In this document: piece after piece, positions 23,753 through 34,570 of the stretch
How the letters are laid out: each line of letters begins with the position of its first letter
How positions within the stretch are numbered: position 1 is the stretch's first letter
Position numbers and translations under genes: made by a program
The notes under the pieces: model-generated
Database searches by the model: none
What the model saw: the letters and a program-made list of their open reading frames with translations, nothing else
What the model was told of the DNA's origin: nothing
Assembly (NCBI GenBank): GCA_039818205.1
Contig: JBCBUK010000002.1
Span: 160,001 to 224,000, forward strand
Direction of reading: 5' to 3'
Length of the DNA: 64,000 nt
Origin: Verrucomicrobiota bacterium
GTDB lineage: Bacteria > Verrucomicrobiota > Verrucomicrobiia > Opitutales > Cerasicoccaceae

Positions 23753-24523
23753 TCATGATTGCTCATCCCGTTTCTTCAGGGCTTCCTTCAGTAGGAGACC
23801 AATGAAGCGGGTGTTGTTCGTTAAGTATCGCGAAGCAAGTCGACGAGGCTCAGTCACGGTTCGAAATAGCCACTCGAGGCCAGACCGTTGCATCCAAACT
23901 GGAGCCTGGCGTTTGAGTCCGCTATGAAAATCAAAGGCCGCGCCCACTCCGAGCATGATGTTAGCATCTAGTTTATGCAGCCACTCGTCCATGAATAGCT
24001 CTTGCTTCGGTGTGCTTATGCCGACCCAAAAGTAGTGTGGCTTAGTCTGGGCAACGTGAGCGATCAACTCGGTGCCTTCGGCCTCATTCAGTGGGCGAAA
24101 GGGTGGGGTATAGGTTCCGGCAACTTGTAAGCCGGGAAAGCGCTGAACCAATTTCTCTGCGAGCAAGGGTGCGACTTGATCACCGCCGCCGAAGAAGAAA
24201 TGTCGGTGCCCTGAGGCGACGGAAGCTTCACAGATAGAAAGCATTGCATCCGGACCATAGACGCGCCCCACTTGATCCCCGGCTGCCCGCCGGCCGAGCC
24301 AGACGAGCGGCATCCCATCGGCGCCCGTAAGCAATGATTTGTTTAGAATCTCCCGAAACTCCGCGTTGTCCTGAGATTCAATTACCCCATGTACCCCGGT
24401 GAACGTCGCATAACCTTTTCCACCGGCTTCGGCGGTGTCGTGAATCAATCGAGTCGCCGTTCCGAGATCGAGTGTATTGACCTTTACCCCAAGGACATCA
24501 AAACGCTGTGACGAAACATCCAT
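23753..24523 (-). CDS. WecB/TagA/CpsF family glycosyltransferase
   Basis: DGMPLVW, RVYGPD, WVGISTPKQE, GVGAAFDF, APVWMQRSGLEWLFR..EPRRL. Confidence 0.93.
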   Translation of the reverse strand: MDVSSQRFDVLGVKVNTLDLGTATRLIHDTAEAGGKGYATFTGVHGVIESQDNAEFREILNKSLLTGADGMPLVWLGRRAAGDQVGRVYGPDAMLSICEASVASGHRHFFFGGGDQVAPLLAEKLVQRFPGLQVAGTYTPPFRPLNEAEGTELIAHVAQTKPHYFWVGISTPKQELFMDEWLHKLDANIMLGVGAAFDFHSGLKRQAPVWMQRSGLEWLFRTVTEPRRLASRYLTNNTRFIGLLLKEALKKRDEQS

Positions 24524-24679
24524 CAGCCCCGTAGCTTGGTATCAGTAATTGGCATCAGCAAATCAATTTCAGGTAACAGGCATGATAAATCGAGCCGTTT
24601 GGCGCCTTAATGGAAGGGGTTTCTCGATTTTTATCTTGAGGCTATCCACTCAGCTGGTAACGAATTGGGTGACGGTTTT

Positions 24680-25744
24680 ATGGCTGCTGCAACACTCTCA
24701 GAGCTTATTGATATTGCTACATCAAGCGAAGGCTTGGATGCGACGAACGCCCGGAAAGCGGCTGAGCTACTTGTGCTTGCTGAAGTTCCGGCCCAAGAAA
24801 AGGCTGATCTGCTTAAGGCGATGAACCTGCGCGGCGAAACGCCGGTCGAACTCGCTGCCTTCGCGGGAACCTTTCGCGAGAAAGTGCGCGACCCTGGGTT
24901 GGATGACTTGGCTGAACGTTCCATCGACATCGTTGGCACTGGCGGAGACAAGTCCGGCAGTTTCAATATTTCAACGACATCAGCATTTGTAGTGGCTGCC
25001 GCAGGCGTGCCCGTTCTCAAACATGGTAATCGATCAATCACCTCAAAATGTGGCAGCGCCGATTTGTTGTCCGCGGCTGGGGTGGATATCGAAGCCGATT
25101 TACCAACGCTGCGGCGCTCAGCTCAGGAATTGAACTTTGCCTTCTTCTTCGCTCCGGCTTTCCACCCGGCTTTCAAGGAGATCGTTCCCGTTCGAAAGGC
25201 CTTGGCGGAACAAGGTCACCGCACCATTTTCAATCTTTTGGGTCCCTTGATCAACCCAGCTAAGCCGGCCTACCAACTTCTCGGGGTCTACCCTTCCCAC
25301 TGGGTCGGGGCGATTGCTCAGGCGCTTGAGGCTGTCGGGCTGAAGAGTGGAATGGTCGTTCATAGCGTTCTTGGTGAGGACCGAGGCATGGACGAGTGGT
25401 CGACCGCCGGTTCGAATCTAGGGGCCGGGGTGGGCGAGCTTGCTTCACATCAGTGGAACGAGGATAACCCATTCCCCTTGGCGGAACTTGATTTGGAGCC
25501 ATGCGACTTTGACGAACTCAAAGGTGGCGATCTCAATCAGAATTTGAATTTACTCCAGCGGCTGATGGACGGCAAGGCGCCCAAGGGGCTGGAAGATACA
25601 GTCAGCTTGAATGCGGGTGCTGCATTGTGGATCGCTGGCCGCTGCGGCTCGCTCAAGGACGGCGTGGTTGCTGCGCGCGAAGTTCTTACCGGAGGTGCGC
25701 TTCAGCGCTGGAGGACCCAACTTAAGGAATTTTACGCTGGATGA
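24680..25744 (+). CDS. trpD: Anthranilate phosphoribosyltransferase
   Basis: DIVGTGGD, FNISTTSAFV, KHGNRSITSKCGSAD and RTIFNLLGPLINP. Confidence 0.95.
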   Translation: MAAATLSELIDIATSSEGLDATNARKAAELLVLAEVPAQEKADLLKAMNLRGETPVELAAFAGTFREKVRDPGLDDLAERSIDIVGTGGDKSGSFNISTTSAFVVAAAGVPVLKHGNRSITSKCGSADLLSAAGVDIEADLPTLRRSAQELNFAFFFAPAFHPAFKEIVPVRKALAEQGHRTIFNLLGPLINPAKPAYQLLGVYPSHWVGAIAQALEAVGLKSGMVVHSVLGEDRGMDEWSTAGSNLGAGVGELASHQWNEDNPFPLAELDLEPCDFDELKGGDLNQNLNLLQRLMDGKAPKGLEDTVSLNAGAALWIAGRCGSLKDGVVAAREVLTGGALQRWRTQLKEFYAG

Positions 25745-27105
25745 AGCTAAATTATTTCGGAACGGATGGTATTCGAGGCAAGGTCGGTGACGGCTGTCTG
25801 CTTAACGACGATTTCGTGCGACGGGTTGGCTATGGCCTGGCGGCCTTCCTCAAAAAGCACAACCAGGCTAAGCCAATTACAGTCGTCATTGGTCGCGATA
25901 CCCGTGAATCGGGTGAGCACCTTGAGGCTCTGGTGACCGAAGGGTTGTGCATGAGCTCGATCCATATCGTTCGACTTGGCGTCACGCCAACGCCCGGTGT
26001 TTCGATGAGCCTGCGTGATCTCCACGCCGACCTAGGGATCGCGATAACGGCATCTCACAATCCCGCCTCAGATAACGGAATAAAGCTATTTGATAATCGC
26101 GGATTAAAGTTTCCGGCTGAGGCGGAGGTCGAAATTGAGGGCTTTATCGATACCGCGCAGGTTGATCCCAAAGGTCATTCCTGTAGATGCGCCCACGACT
26201 ATGATGGTGCGGCATTCTATATCAATGTATTGCGGTCAATGATGCACCACGGCTGCATGAAGGGGTGGGACGTTGTCTTGGACACCGCTAATGGTGCTAC
26301 ATCAAAAACATCGCCTGAAGTTTTTCGTCATTTTGGGGCCAACGTTTTCCAAGTTGGTGCTGAGCCAGACGGCCAGAACATCAACGATGGTGTCGGCAGT
26401 GAGCATCCCGAAAAGCTTGCCGCGCTGGTTCAAGAACAGGGTGCTCATCTAGGTATCGCCCATGATGGCGATGGCGACCGTTTGGTCGTATGTGATGAGC
26501 TAGGCCGGATTGTCGACGGTGATCAGTTATTAGGTGTCCTTGCCATTTACGGCATTCGGACCGGGCGTTTGCGGCACCAAACATTGGTCACCACGGTCCA
26601 GAGCAACATGGGCTTGGACCGCGCAATCGAGAGTGCCGGTGGGCGGGTTGTCCGAACCTCGGTAGGCGACCGCAATGTTCTCCACCACATGCTGGAGAAA
26701 GATTTTAACTTTGGCGGTGAGTCCTCGGGCCACCTTATCTTTCGCGATTATTCGGTCGCGGGCGACGGCTTGCTCGGTGCTATTCAATTGATTGCACTGC
26801 TTTTAGAGGTCAAACGCCCGCTCTCGGAGCTTGTCGATGCGATCGAGTTATTTCCCCAGGTCAGCACGGCGGTGAAAGTAGAAGAAAAGATCCCCCTCGA
26901 TGAATGCCCAACGATGTGCCGGGTGATGGGTGAGCTCAATGAAACGCTCGTGGGCAAAGGCCGAATCCTGGTGCGCTACTCCGGAACTGAACCAAAGTTG
27001 CGTTTGCTCGCCGAAGGTGAAACTCAAGCGCTGGCCGAGGAGGCGATCGCCAAGCTGAAAGCAGCAGCCGAGGCGGATCTATCGGTTATTTCACAACCTG
27101 TTTAG
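25741..27105 (+). CDS. glmM: Phosphoglucosamine mutase
   Basis: YFGTDGIRG, ITASHNP (phosphoserine site), DGDGDR, GGESSGH and VRYSGTEP. Confidence 0.93.
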   Translation: MKLNYFGTDGIRGKVGDGCLLNDDFVRRVGYGLAAFLKKHNQAKPITVVIGRDTRESGEHLEALVTEGLCMSSIHIVRLGVTPTPGVSMSLRDLHADLGIAITASHNPASDNGIKLFDNRGLKFPAEAEVEIEGFIDTAQVDPKGHSCRCAHDYDGAAFYINVLRSMMHHGCMKGWDVVLDTANGATSKTSPEVFRHFGANVFQVGAEPDGQNINDGVGSEHPEKLAALVQEQGAHLGIAHDGDGDRLVVCDELGRIVDGDQLLGVLAIYGIRTGRLRHQTLVTTVQSNMGLDRAIESAGGRVVRTSVGDRNVLHHMLEKDFNFGGESSGHLIFRDYSVAGDGLLGAIQLIALLLEVKRPLSELVDAIELFPQVSTAVKVEEKIPLDECPTMCRVMGELNETLVGKGRILVRYSGTEPKLRLLAEGETQALAEEAIAKLKAAAEADLSVISQPV

Positions 27106-27895
27106 TGGTCGTTACCACGATTGGCCGATTCGGCGTCGTGATGCAGCCAATGCCAGAGCCGTAGCCGCTGGTATATGTCAGATTAAAATTGCCGGTGTTT
27201 ACGTTGGCTCGCACCTTAGGCTGGTTGTTCCGATAGGGGATCACGCATTTGCTGCCATCAGTGACGACGACAACGGAGCGCGGCGCCGAATAATAGGCGG
27301 GCCAATAGTAGTTCGAGCGCTGGGCATCGTATGCCTGCTGCTGGGCGGACGCGGCTCGGCGCTCAGCATCGGCGACACGGCGTTCAAGTGCGGCGATGCG
27401 GGCTTCTTCCCGCTGCCGGGCAATGTCATCGGCATGGGCTTCTGCTAGCGCCAGGGTTGCCTCATAGTCGGCGGTGACGTCAGCATCAGGAAAATCGCTC
27501 CGAAGGCGGCTCCAATGGGCCAGGATACCTTGCATCTGCCGTTCGGTGACTTGGGTGACGCCGTTTTCCAAGGAGGCCAGCCAAGTCTTACCTTTTTCGA
27601 TACGGTTTTTCAGGTCCTCCTCACGGACTCCAGCCCAATACTCGGCCTGCTTGGCTTTGACGTTAGCTTCATGGGCCAACTGAGCATCGGATTTTAGGTC
27701 AAATTTCACGACGACTCCCTCTTGGAAGGTCACGTCACCATTGGCGAACATTACTCGAACTTTGTCCCCAAGATCTAACTCACCGATCGGAAATCCAAGC
27801 TCTGCGACCACGGTTTTTCGGGTGTCACCGACTTCAACCGCTGACATTGAGACGCTTGCAATCGACAGTAGGCACACCGTAAGAAACTGTTTCAT
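27086..27895 (-). CDS. Hypothetical secreted protein with coiled-coil region
   Basis: Signal peptide MKQFLTVCLLSIASVSMSA; Ala/Glu/Arg-rich coiled coil in the centre. Confidence 0.7.
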   Translation of the reverse strand: MKQFLTVCLLSIASVSMSAVEVGDTRKTVVAELGFPIGELDLGDKVRVMFANGDVTFQEGVVVKFDLKSDAQLAHEANVKAKQAEYWAGVREEDLKNRIEKGKTWLASLENGVTQVTERQMQGILAHWSRLRSDFPDADVTADYEATLALAEAHADDIARQREEARIAALERRVADAERRAASAQQQAYDAQRSNYYWPAYYSAPRSVVVVTDGSKCVIPYRNNQPKVRANVNTGNFNLTYTSGYGSGIGCITTPNRPIVVTTTKQVVK

Positions 27896-27991
27896 AGATA
27901 TAAGATAGCTGAGTTTAAGAAAAATTGCAATCCATCACTGATGGGGCCCTTTGCGCTTGAGCATTCTTCAATCCTGGTTGTGCTTTCGATA

Positions 27992-28678
27992 ATGGGAGAT
28001 CAGCCACATCATTCCGGGCACCGCGCTCGTTTGCGGGAGCGGTTTGCAACCGGTGGTTTCGACCATTTTGCGGACCATGAGGTCGTGGAGCTTTTGCTGA
28101 CCCTTTGCATCCCACGTCGAGACGTAAAACCGTTGGCCAAGACCCTCTTGGCCAGGTTTGGTTCACTCAAGGGAATCTTGGATACCCCGATCGAGGAACT
28201 CCGGTGCATCGACGGAATTGGTGAGGTGACGCCGGTTGCACTACGAATCATCAAAGAGACGATGCTGCTCTACCTGCGTCAGGAAGCCGAAGAGCGTCCG
28301 TCTTACGACAGTGTAGATGCTCTGGTGGATCTTTGGCGTGCGCGGCTTGGAGAGCTTTCCCATGAGGTGTTTGAGGTCGCTTACCTGGACAACAGCTACC
28401 GCTTGATGAAGAACGGAATCGAGCGCCTGGAAGAGGGGGTCGCCAACCGCGCGAGTGTGTATCCCCAGAAGGTGGCTCGCGCCGCGCTCCAGCGGCACGC
28501 CGTTTACGTAGTTGTCGCTCATAATCATCCGACGGGAGAGCTCGAGCCTTCGCCCCAAGACATCCGCCTGACCGAGGCGATTAAGACGGCTTGCGATGCG
28601 GTCGGGATACAGCTGCTGGACCATCTGATAGCCACATCAGATGACGCAACCTCGTTTCTCGATCGAGGCCTTCTGTAA
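27992..28678 (+). CDS. radC: RadC (UPF0758) JAB-domain protein
   Basis: GHRARLRERF, ELLL..IPRRDVKPLAK.LL..FGSL, HhH IDGIGE and JAB motif AHNHPTG..PS..D...LLDH. Confidence 0.93.
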   Translation: MGDQPHHSGHRARLRERFATGGFDHFADHEVVELLLTLCIPRRDVKPLAKTLLARFGSLKGILDTPIEELRCIDGIGEVTPVALRIIKETMLLYLRQEAEERPSYDSVDALVDLWRARLGELSHEVFEVAYLDNSYRLMKNGIERLEEGVANRASVYPQKVARAALQRHAVYVVVAHNHPTGELEPSPQDIRLTEAIKTACDAVGIQLLDHLIATSDDATSFLDRGLL

Positions 28679-28730
28679 AGATGTGCGAGGTGCGCATTGC
28701 GGGGATTTTGCCCGCTCGGCCCAAAATTAT

Positions 28731-29291
28731 CTATTCCTCAAGGATCAAGGTGTACCCGCCCGCTGAGATACCGTTCCGGAAAATGCCACTGCCTAAATTT
28801 CCATCGTCGATCTTTTCGTCGAGTTTTCGGGCTTGGTCATCATCCATGATCGAGTTCCGGATCGAAATTCCGGCACTGAAAGAGCCGAATGCTCCTGGGC
28901 CTTCCCAATCGTAGTTCCCTCCAACAACGGTTCGACTAGCGAAGTGGTCGCTGACGATGTATCCGTTCATTCCCGCGGGCAAGACGCCTTCGTTAACGTC
29001 TGGCGGCCAATCGCCGTTTTCCAAGTTATAGGTTTCGAATGCACCTCGAAACTGACGTAAGTCGTTTGCTAAACGGGTGTTTTGGCTTTGCGTGCGGGCA
29101 TTTTGGAAGGCTGGCAGCGCGATGACTGCGAGCAATCCGATAATAACAACCACGATCATCATTTCCACGAGAGTGAAACCACGACGATGGTTGGCGAGGC
29201 CCAGATTTTGAATGCTTTGGGCTAATGGCGCGATTGAATTAGAAGGGAGAAGGCCGCCGCGCCGAGCGTCTCTCCTGTTTATGATACACAT
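28731..29291 (-). CDS. Type IV pilin/pseudopilin-like protein (prepilin N-terminal methylation motif)
   Basis: RRG/FTLVEMMIVVVIIGLLAVIALPAF class III signal; exact start uncertain. Confidence 0.88.
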   Translation of the reverse strand: MCIINRRDARRGGLLPSNSIAPLAQSIQNLGLANHRRGFTLVEMMIVVVIIGLLAVIALPAFQNARTQSQNTRLANDLRQFRGAFETYNLENGDWPPDVNEGVLPAGMNGYIVSDHFASRTVVGGNYDWEGPGAFGSFSAGISIRNSIMDDDQARKLDEKIDDGNLGSGIFRNGISAGGYTLILEE

Positions 29292-29634
29292 GGTCGATAT
29301 GATAAATGTATGAAGTCGGTCAGCTTTATAATAATCTAGGGTTTCGAATTTATATCATGACTGTTTCGTCCTCAAGTGGCATCTAATCAACCCCTATGAT
29401 AGGCGTAAATTACCCCTGTTAACGATTCGTTAAGTTGTTGTAAAGCAGTTGATTGTAGAAGTTATAAAATAACGTAAAAATAAGGTTTATTCATTAAACT
29501 ATAGGGGCGTTATTTGTCTTATTTGAAGGTTCAACCTGATTGTATGAAATACTTGTAAATAACGCGATCATCGGGACACCTCTTTTCTGACTGGAAAAAT
29601 GAGGAAAAATAGTCCTTTTTGTTCGGTTTGCTCT

Positions 29635-30897
29635 ATGGAAACCCTTCGCAATTTCAGTCCTGAAGACGCTGTTACCGCTCGCGACCTGGCGGGTTCGGTA
29701 GCCTTCGTATACGACGAGGCGGCATTGCGTCAGCAAGCCGAACAGGCACTCGCCTTCCCGAATGCATTCGGATTGACCGTTCGCTTCGCGATGAAAGCGG
29801 CTCCCAATGCGGCGATCTTGAAATTGTTTACGCAGCTTGGCTTACACGTCGATGCATCTTCGGGCTGGGAGGTGCGTCGGGCTTTGCTCGCAGGTGTGCC
29901 CGCTGGGAATATCTCCCTTAGCACCCAGGAGTTGCCCGCAAATTTCAAAGAATTGATCGATGAAGGTATTGAGTTCAATGGCTGTTCGCTGAGCCAGTTG
30001 GATCAGTATGGCGCGGCTTTTCCGGGAAGCGCTTGCGGGGTCCGATTCAACCCAGGATTGGGCTCTGGAGGCACTGGTAAGACAAATGTTGGCGGGCCAC
30101 ACTCGAGCTTTGGTATCTGGCATGAATGGGCCGATGAGGTTGCTGCCATCGCAGAGAAGCATGGCCTCACGGTGAAGCGGATTCACACCCACATTGGTTC
30201 TGGAAGCGATCCCGCCGTCTGGGAGCGTGTTTCCCACCTGAGTTTAAATCTTGTTCGCCGATTTGGGGACGTGACGATCCTGAACCTGGGAGGCGGCTTC
30301 AAAGTCGCCCGGATGGCGTCGGAAGTCTCAACCGATCTCCAAATCGTCGGTGAGCCGGTAAAGCTAGCATTTCAAGCGCTGGCGGAGGAAACCGGCCGGA
30401 GAATTCATTTGGAGATCGAGCCTGGGACCTTTCTGGTTGCGAACGCGTGCTCCTTAGTCACGTCGGTTCAGGATCTGGTGGAGACTGGTGGCCCCGACGG
30501 GCGATCATTCTTGAAGCTCGATGGCGGGATGACTGAGATTCTACGCCCGTCGCTTTACGCTGCCCAGCACCCGATTATCGTGATCCCTCAGGAGGCGACT
30601 GACGAAACGGCCGAATACCTGGTGGTTGGACATTGTTGCGAGTCTGGGGATGTCTTGACCGTGGGCGAAGACGATCCTGAATCACTGCTGCCTCGCCAGC
30701 TGGCCAAGGCACGTATCGGCGACGTTTGCGTTATCGAAGGCGCTGGTGCTTATTGTTCCTCGATGAGTGCTAAAAACTACAACAGTTTTCCTGAAGCACC
30801 CGAACTTATGCGTGGGCTTGATGGGAAGTTTCGATTGATCCGCCGACGCCAGAGCTTGGAACAGATCCTGCAAAACGAAGTGGACGAATCTCTCTAA
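29635..30897 (+). CDS. lysA: Diaminopimelate decarboxylase
   Basis: FAMKA (PLP lysine), [24 protein letters not shown] and GAY..SMS.NYNSFP. Confidence 0.9.
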   Translation: METLRNFSPEDAVTARDLAGSVAFVYDEAALRQQAEQALAFPNAFGLTVRFAMKAAPNAAILKLFTQLGLHVDASSGWEVRRALLAGVPAGNISLSTQELPANFKELIDEGIEFNGCSLSQLDQYGAAFPGSACGVRFNPGLGSGGTGKTNVGGPHSSFGIWHEWADEVAAIAEKHGLTVKRIHTHIGSGSDPAVWERVSHLSLNLVRRFGDVTILNLGGGFKVARMASEVSTDLQIVGEPVKLAFQALAEETGRRIHLEIEPGTFLVANACSLVTSVQDLVETGGPDGRSFLKLDGGMTEILRPSLYAAQHPIIVIPQEATDETAEYLVVGHCCESGDVLTVGEDDPESLLPRQLAKARIGDVCVIEGAGAYCSSMSAKNYNSFPEAPELMRGLDGKFRLIRRRQSLEQILQNEVDESL

Positions 30898-31724
30898 TGG
30901 GTAAATTGAGCAGCAAACTGCGACGAGATCCAATGACGGCGGTGCGACATCGAATCAATGCCGGGCGTGTCGCAGTCCAGCAGCAGATTGACTTTTTTCA
31001 GAAGCAGTGTGGCCAGGTCGCAAGTGATTGGAAGGCCGACGACTCGCGGGTCACCTTTGCTGATTTTGCCATTTCGGAGAAGCTCTTCGCCGAGTTACGA
31101 GGGAGTTTTCCAGAGGACGATTATTGTAGCGAAGAGTCGAACCCCGAAGATGAGGTCATGGCGCTCGATGCCGAGTTTGCTTGGGTACTCGATCCAATTG
31201 ATGGGACCAACAATTATTTCTTTGGTTTGTCGATGTGTGCGATATCCTTGGCGCTACTTCGCAACGGCGAACCCATCTACGGGTTTGTCTACGATCATTC
31301 ACGGCAGTGTTTGGTTGAGGGTGGCCCGGGATTCGGAGTCTTGGATGGGCGTGAAAAATCGACGGTGAAAGATGCACCGTTGGATCGGCATTGTATTATC
31401 GCGATGCATTTTCCGCTGAAGAATCCGGATTCAACCGTGCTACTTCCCTGGATCGAGAAGTATCGCCTCCGCTCACTGGGTAGTAGCACCCTAAACGTGA
31501 CTTACGCCGCGATTGGCAAGATTGATGGTTGCCTGGATTTTCGGGTCAAAGTCTGGGATATTGCTGCCGCCTATGCTCTGACGATGGGGGCGGGAGGCCA
31601 ATTCCACTGGTACTCGGAATCGCCGTTTCCACTTCGCACCTTTCATGTTGAGCAGCCGCTATTGCGATTTGCTGCTGGTTCGGAGGCCTTTATTGAGGCT
31701 GCGAAAGAGTTGCCGCTTAGTTGA
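30897..31724 (+). CDS. Inositol monophosphatase family protein
   Basis: SEE, WVLDPIDGTNNY, RSLGS and WDIAAA motifs; TAATG overlap with lysA. Confidence 0.9.
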   Translation: MGKLSSKLRRDPMTAVRHRINAGRVAVQQQIDFFQKQCGQVASDWKADDSRVTFADFAISEKLFAELRGSFPEDDYCSEESNPEDEVMALDAEFAWVLDPIDGTNNYFFGLSMCAISLALLRNGEPIYGFVYDHSRQCLVEGGPGFGVLDGREKSTVKDAPLDRHCIIAMHFPLKNPDSTVLLPWIEKYRLRSLGSSTLNVTYAAIGKIDGCLDFRVKVWDIAAAYALTMGAGGQFHWYSESPFPLRTFHVEQPLLRFAAGSEAFIEAAKELPLS

Positions 31725-32334
31725 AGACAAAAGTCCGGCTGATCAGGTCAAACCCAGGCAAAGCATCGGGCAGATCGTCCGACATGTAGAACTCCGTGAC
31801 GAGAAGGCCTTTGCCTTTCCCGGGAATCGTAGTTGCAAAAATCCGGCAACCGCCAGGAATGATTCGCATGATCTTGCCTTTGAGGTGCTTCCCTTCGCCT
31901 TGGAAACTACCCCAGGATTCGAAATCACCGTAGGAGTAGGTGTCAATCGCCGGACCATCCAAGGCCTCAAGAACGCCGGACATGGTTTGCTCGAGATTCA
32001 CGCTGCCATGGACATCAAACACCTCAATAACGATGTGTGACTGACCAGGAGTTTCAATGGTGAATAGGCGGTCGGGATCATAGTCGGCCTGGTGGGAGGC
32101 GACTTTCCAATTGCTGGGGTATTTGAGACTGAAACCAGGGCGACTAATGGTGCTCACCTCAGAGTCAGACCAATCGCCTGCGGCTTCGATTGCGTCCTCG
32201 CGATCGTCCTCAGGGTCATCGAAGAAGAACGCCATTGGCAGGATCGGCATCGCCTGCACACTCAAGACGGTCAACGTTGCGAATAGGGTGAGGATGCCAG
32301 CTACTCGGTAAATGCTTTTGCCCTGCTTCTCCAT
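31717..32334 (-). CDS. Hypothetical exported protein (possible PsbP/DcrB-like fold)
   Basis: N-terminal hydrophobic segment; GFSLKYPSNWKV motif; AGGAG RBS upstream. Confidence 0.65.
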   Translation of the reverse strand: MEKQGKSIYRVAGILTLFATLTVLSVQAMPILPMAFFFDDPEDDREDAIEAAGDWSDSEVSTISRPGFSLKYPSNWKVASHQADYDPDRLFTIETPGQSHIVIEVFDVHGSVNLEQTMSGVLEALDGPAIDTYSYGDFESWGSFQGEGKHLKGKIMRIIPGGCRIFATTIPGKGKGLLVTEFYMSDDLPDALPGFDLISRTFVFN

Positions 32335-32393
32335 ATTAACTCCTTAGATTAACAGATTGTTAAGCTAGCTCAATGTTCAAAAGTGTAAAAAAT

Positions 32394-33749
32394 TTACAAA
32401 TGGACCGTTTCGTTGGGTAACAAGTCATAGACTTGGCGCTTAGGATCGATATCGATAAAATGATCAAAGAACCATTCGCGGGCCTCCTCGTCGCCGTGGG
32501 TCAGGGCAATCGCGCGTGGGTCCAAACGGGCTGCAAAATCGGCAAGTTCTTGGCGATCGGCGTGACCACTCAGATCGAATTGATCAATCTGTGCGCGAAT
32601 GTTGGCGGAATGGTCGAGCACGTTGAAGAGAAAATTTTCCCCATGGGCCGTTGCGAGCAACTCGCCGCCTGGTGTTTCCGGGTCGCTGTAGCCGACAAAA
32701 CAAATCGAGTTTGCGTGGTCTTCCAGCATGGCGGCGGCTGCTTGGTACGAGGGCGTATACTGGACCATCATGCCGCTTGAGAGTAGGTAGATGCCGCGCT
32801 CACCTGGATTTCGGCCTGGTTTGAATTCCGGTGGGCGTTGAACGTCGAGTGACTTCAGGATGGATCGCCGAAAATGGAGACCGCCGATCTTTCGCGCGAT
32901 CGTGTCAAAATAATCGACGAGGTCCATGCCCAGCCCGGAACAGAATACTGGACACTTGGGAATCGCTCCGCGGTGTTTGGCGTCGTTTAAAACGTGGAGT
33001 AGCTCTTGCATCCTTCCAAGGGCAAACACTGGGATGAGCACCGAGCCGCCGCGCTCAAGCGTGTGGGTGATCGTGGTCAACAAACGCTCGATCTCGCTCT
33101 TGCGGGTTTTTTCCGGAACACGAGCGGTGGCACCGCGGGTGGTCTCCATAACCAAGGTGTCCGTGGGCACGATTGGAAAGTCGGCACCTTCGATCGTTGC
33201 CTGAGGCTGAAACATGACGTCGCCCGTGAAGAAAATTCTGCGGTGCTTGTAGACGATACTCAGGCCGGCGGCTCCAACGATGTGACCAGCACGGTGTAGC
33301 ATGAAGGTGAGTTCCTCACCGTCTCGCTCAATCGTCTTTTCCTGGTTAAAGGGTAGGCCAATCATGGCGGTATCCAAGGCGTCGACCTCCGCGAAGGTAT
33401 AGAGCGGCAACTCATTGTTGCGGGTCTCATCGCGCTGGCGTTTCATCACGTTTACCGAATTGCGCAACATGCGCTGGGCGAGCATGTGTGATGCCCGGCT
33501 GCTGACAAACATGGCCGTGGGATGTTGCCGGAAAACAATCGGCAATGAGCCAAGGTGGTCGAGGTGGCAATGTGTCAACACCACGAGGTCGAGGGAGACA
33601 TCCCTCAACAAGTCAAAGTTTGGAGTCGACTCTCGTCCAATTGATTTGGGATCCAAGCCAGAATCGATGAGGATGCGGAACGGTCCAATCTCGGCGAGCA
33701 AGCAGTTGGCCCCAATGCGACGTTGTCTGCCGAGATCGGTTAATTTCAT
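32394..33749 (-). CDS. MBL-fold beta-CASP family ribonuclease
   Basis: IGANC, THCHLDH, AGHIVGA, FTGD, IPVFALGRMQE and LSGHAD motifs; alternative start 33806. Confidence 0.9.
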   Translation of the reverse strand: MKLTDLGRQRRIGANCLLAEIGPFRILIDSGLDPKSIGRESTPNFDLLRDVSLDLVVLTHCHLDHLGSLPIVFRQHPTAMFVSSRASHMLAQRMLRNSVNVMKRQRDETRNNELPLYTFAEVDALDTAMIGLPFNQEKTIERDGEELTFMLHRAGHIVGAAGLSIVYKHRRIFFTGDVMFQPQATIEGADFPIVPTDTLVMETTRGATARVPEKTRKSEIERLLTTITHTLERGGSVLIPVFALGRMQELLHVLNDAKHRGAIPKCPVFCSGLGMDLVDYFDTIARKIGGLHFRRSILKSLDVQRPPEFKPGRNPGERGIYLLSSGMMVQYTPSYQAAAAMLEDHANSICFVGYSDPETPGGELLATAHGENFLFNVLDHSANIRAQIDQFDLSGHADRQELADFAARLDPRAIALTHGDEEAREWFFDHFIDIDPKRQVYDLLPNETVHL

Positions 33750-33814
33750 GACGCTTGAGTCTGAATTGATTGGTTCGCTAGTCGATGGTTGAATGCTGGA
33801 ATGCATGAAAGTTA

Positions 33815-34234
33815 TTAGATTTCGGCCGGCCCGAATCCGGGATTCGGGATGATCAATTGAAATTGCGGAATGCGGGTGAAAATTTTGGCTCCCTGGTCGT
33901 CTTTGCCGTGGAACGCACCTTCGGCCAAGGCGTTCTGGCTGGTGACGTGGTAGCTATTATAAGAGAAACTCTCACCGGGCGCTAGCTTTGGAGTCTGTTG
34001 AACAATTTTGTCTCCCTCCACAATCAGCTTACTCCCATCCGCGTTGGTGATGATCCATTTCCGCCCCAGGAGCGTCACCGTCCGGTCGGACAGGTTGCTA
34101 ATGGTGATGAAATAGATGAATGCGTGTTGTTCATCATCGGCAGGTTCTTCCATCTCTTGATGGATTATCTTGTCGATCGTTACCCGCAGGCCTGGTAGCT
34201 CTTCGGCGCTGCTGTTGTTTTCGGAAGGAGTCAT
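33815..34234 (-). CDS. apaG: ApaG domain protein
   Basis: FIYFITISN..TVTLLGRKWIIT..G..VEG...P.LAPGESFSYNS..IPQF. Confidence 0.88.
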   Translation of the reverse strand: MTPSENNSSAEELPGLRVTIDKIIHQEMEEPADDEQHAFIYFITISNLSDRTVTLLGRKWIITNADGSKLIVEGDKIVQQTPKLAPGESFSYNSYHVTSQNALAEGAFHGKDDQGAKIFTRIPQFQLIIPNPGFGPAEI

Positions 34235-34283
34235 CGATAGCTTGCAAAAGTGGCTGTAGAAACGATTCAGAGCATTTTTCGTT

Positions 34284-34487
34284 CTAACCACCCGCCACAA
34301 TCCGCACGATCTCAAGAACATCGCCATTTTCGAGCACCGCTGCGCGTGCTTCCGATTGTGTCAGGGCCTCCCCATTGCGTTCGACCAAGACCCGTTCCGG
34401 TGCCTGTCCACGTTCTTCCAGGAACTTGGGCAACGCAATTGGCGAGTCGAGCGTGAAGGTTTCTCCGTTGGCAGTCACTTCTATCAT
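34284..34487 (-). CDS. thiS: Sulfur carrier protein ThiS
   Basis: 67 aa, VTANGE, VLVERNGE, LENGDVLEIVRIVAGG with C-terminal di-Gly. Confidence 0.9.
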   Translation of the reverse strand: MIEVTANGETFTLDSPIALPKFLEERGQAPERVLVERNGEALTQSEARAAVLENGDVLEIVRIVAGG

Positions 34488-34570
34488 TGGCAAAACCGAG
34501 ATAGATGGCCGAATTCTCTGTTGAATGCGAATGAAAATTGCTTGGCTGGTTGTCGATTGCGGCTTCTCAG

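Noticed and set aside
27992..34487. RadC JAB domain plus ThiS as a ubiquitin-like conjugation or defence system
   Set aside because: About 5.6 kb apart in different transcription units, no E1/E2 enzyme, and RadC is the ordinary full-length chromosomal type
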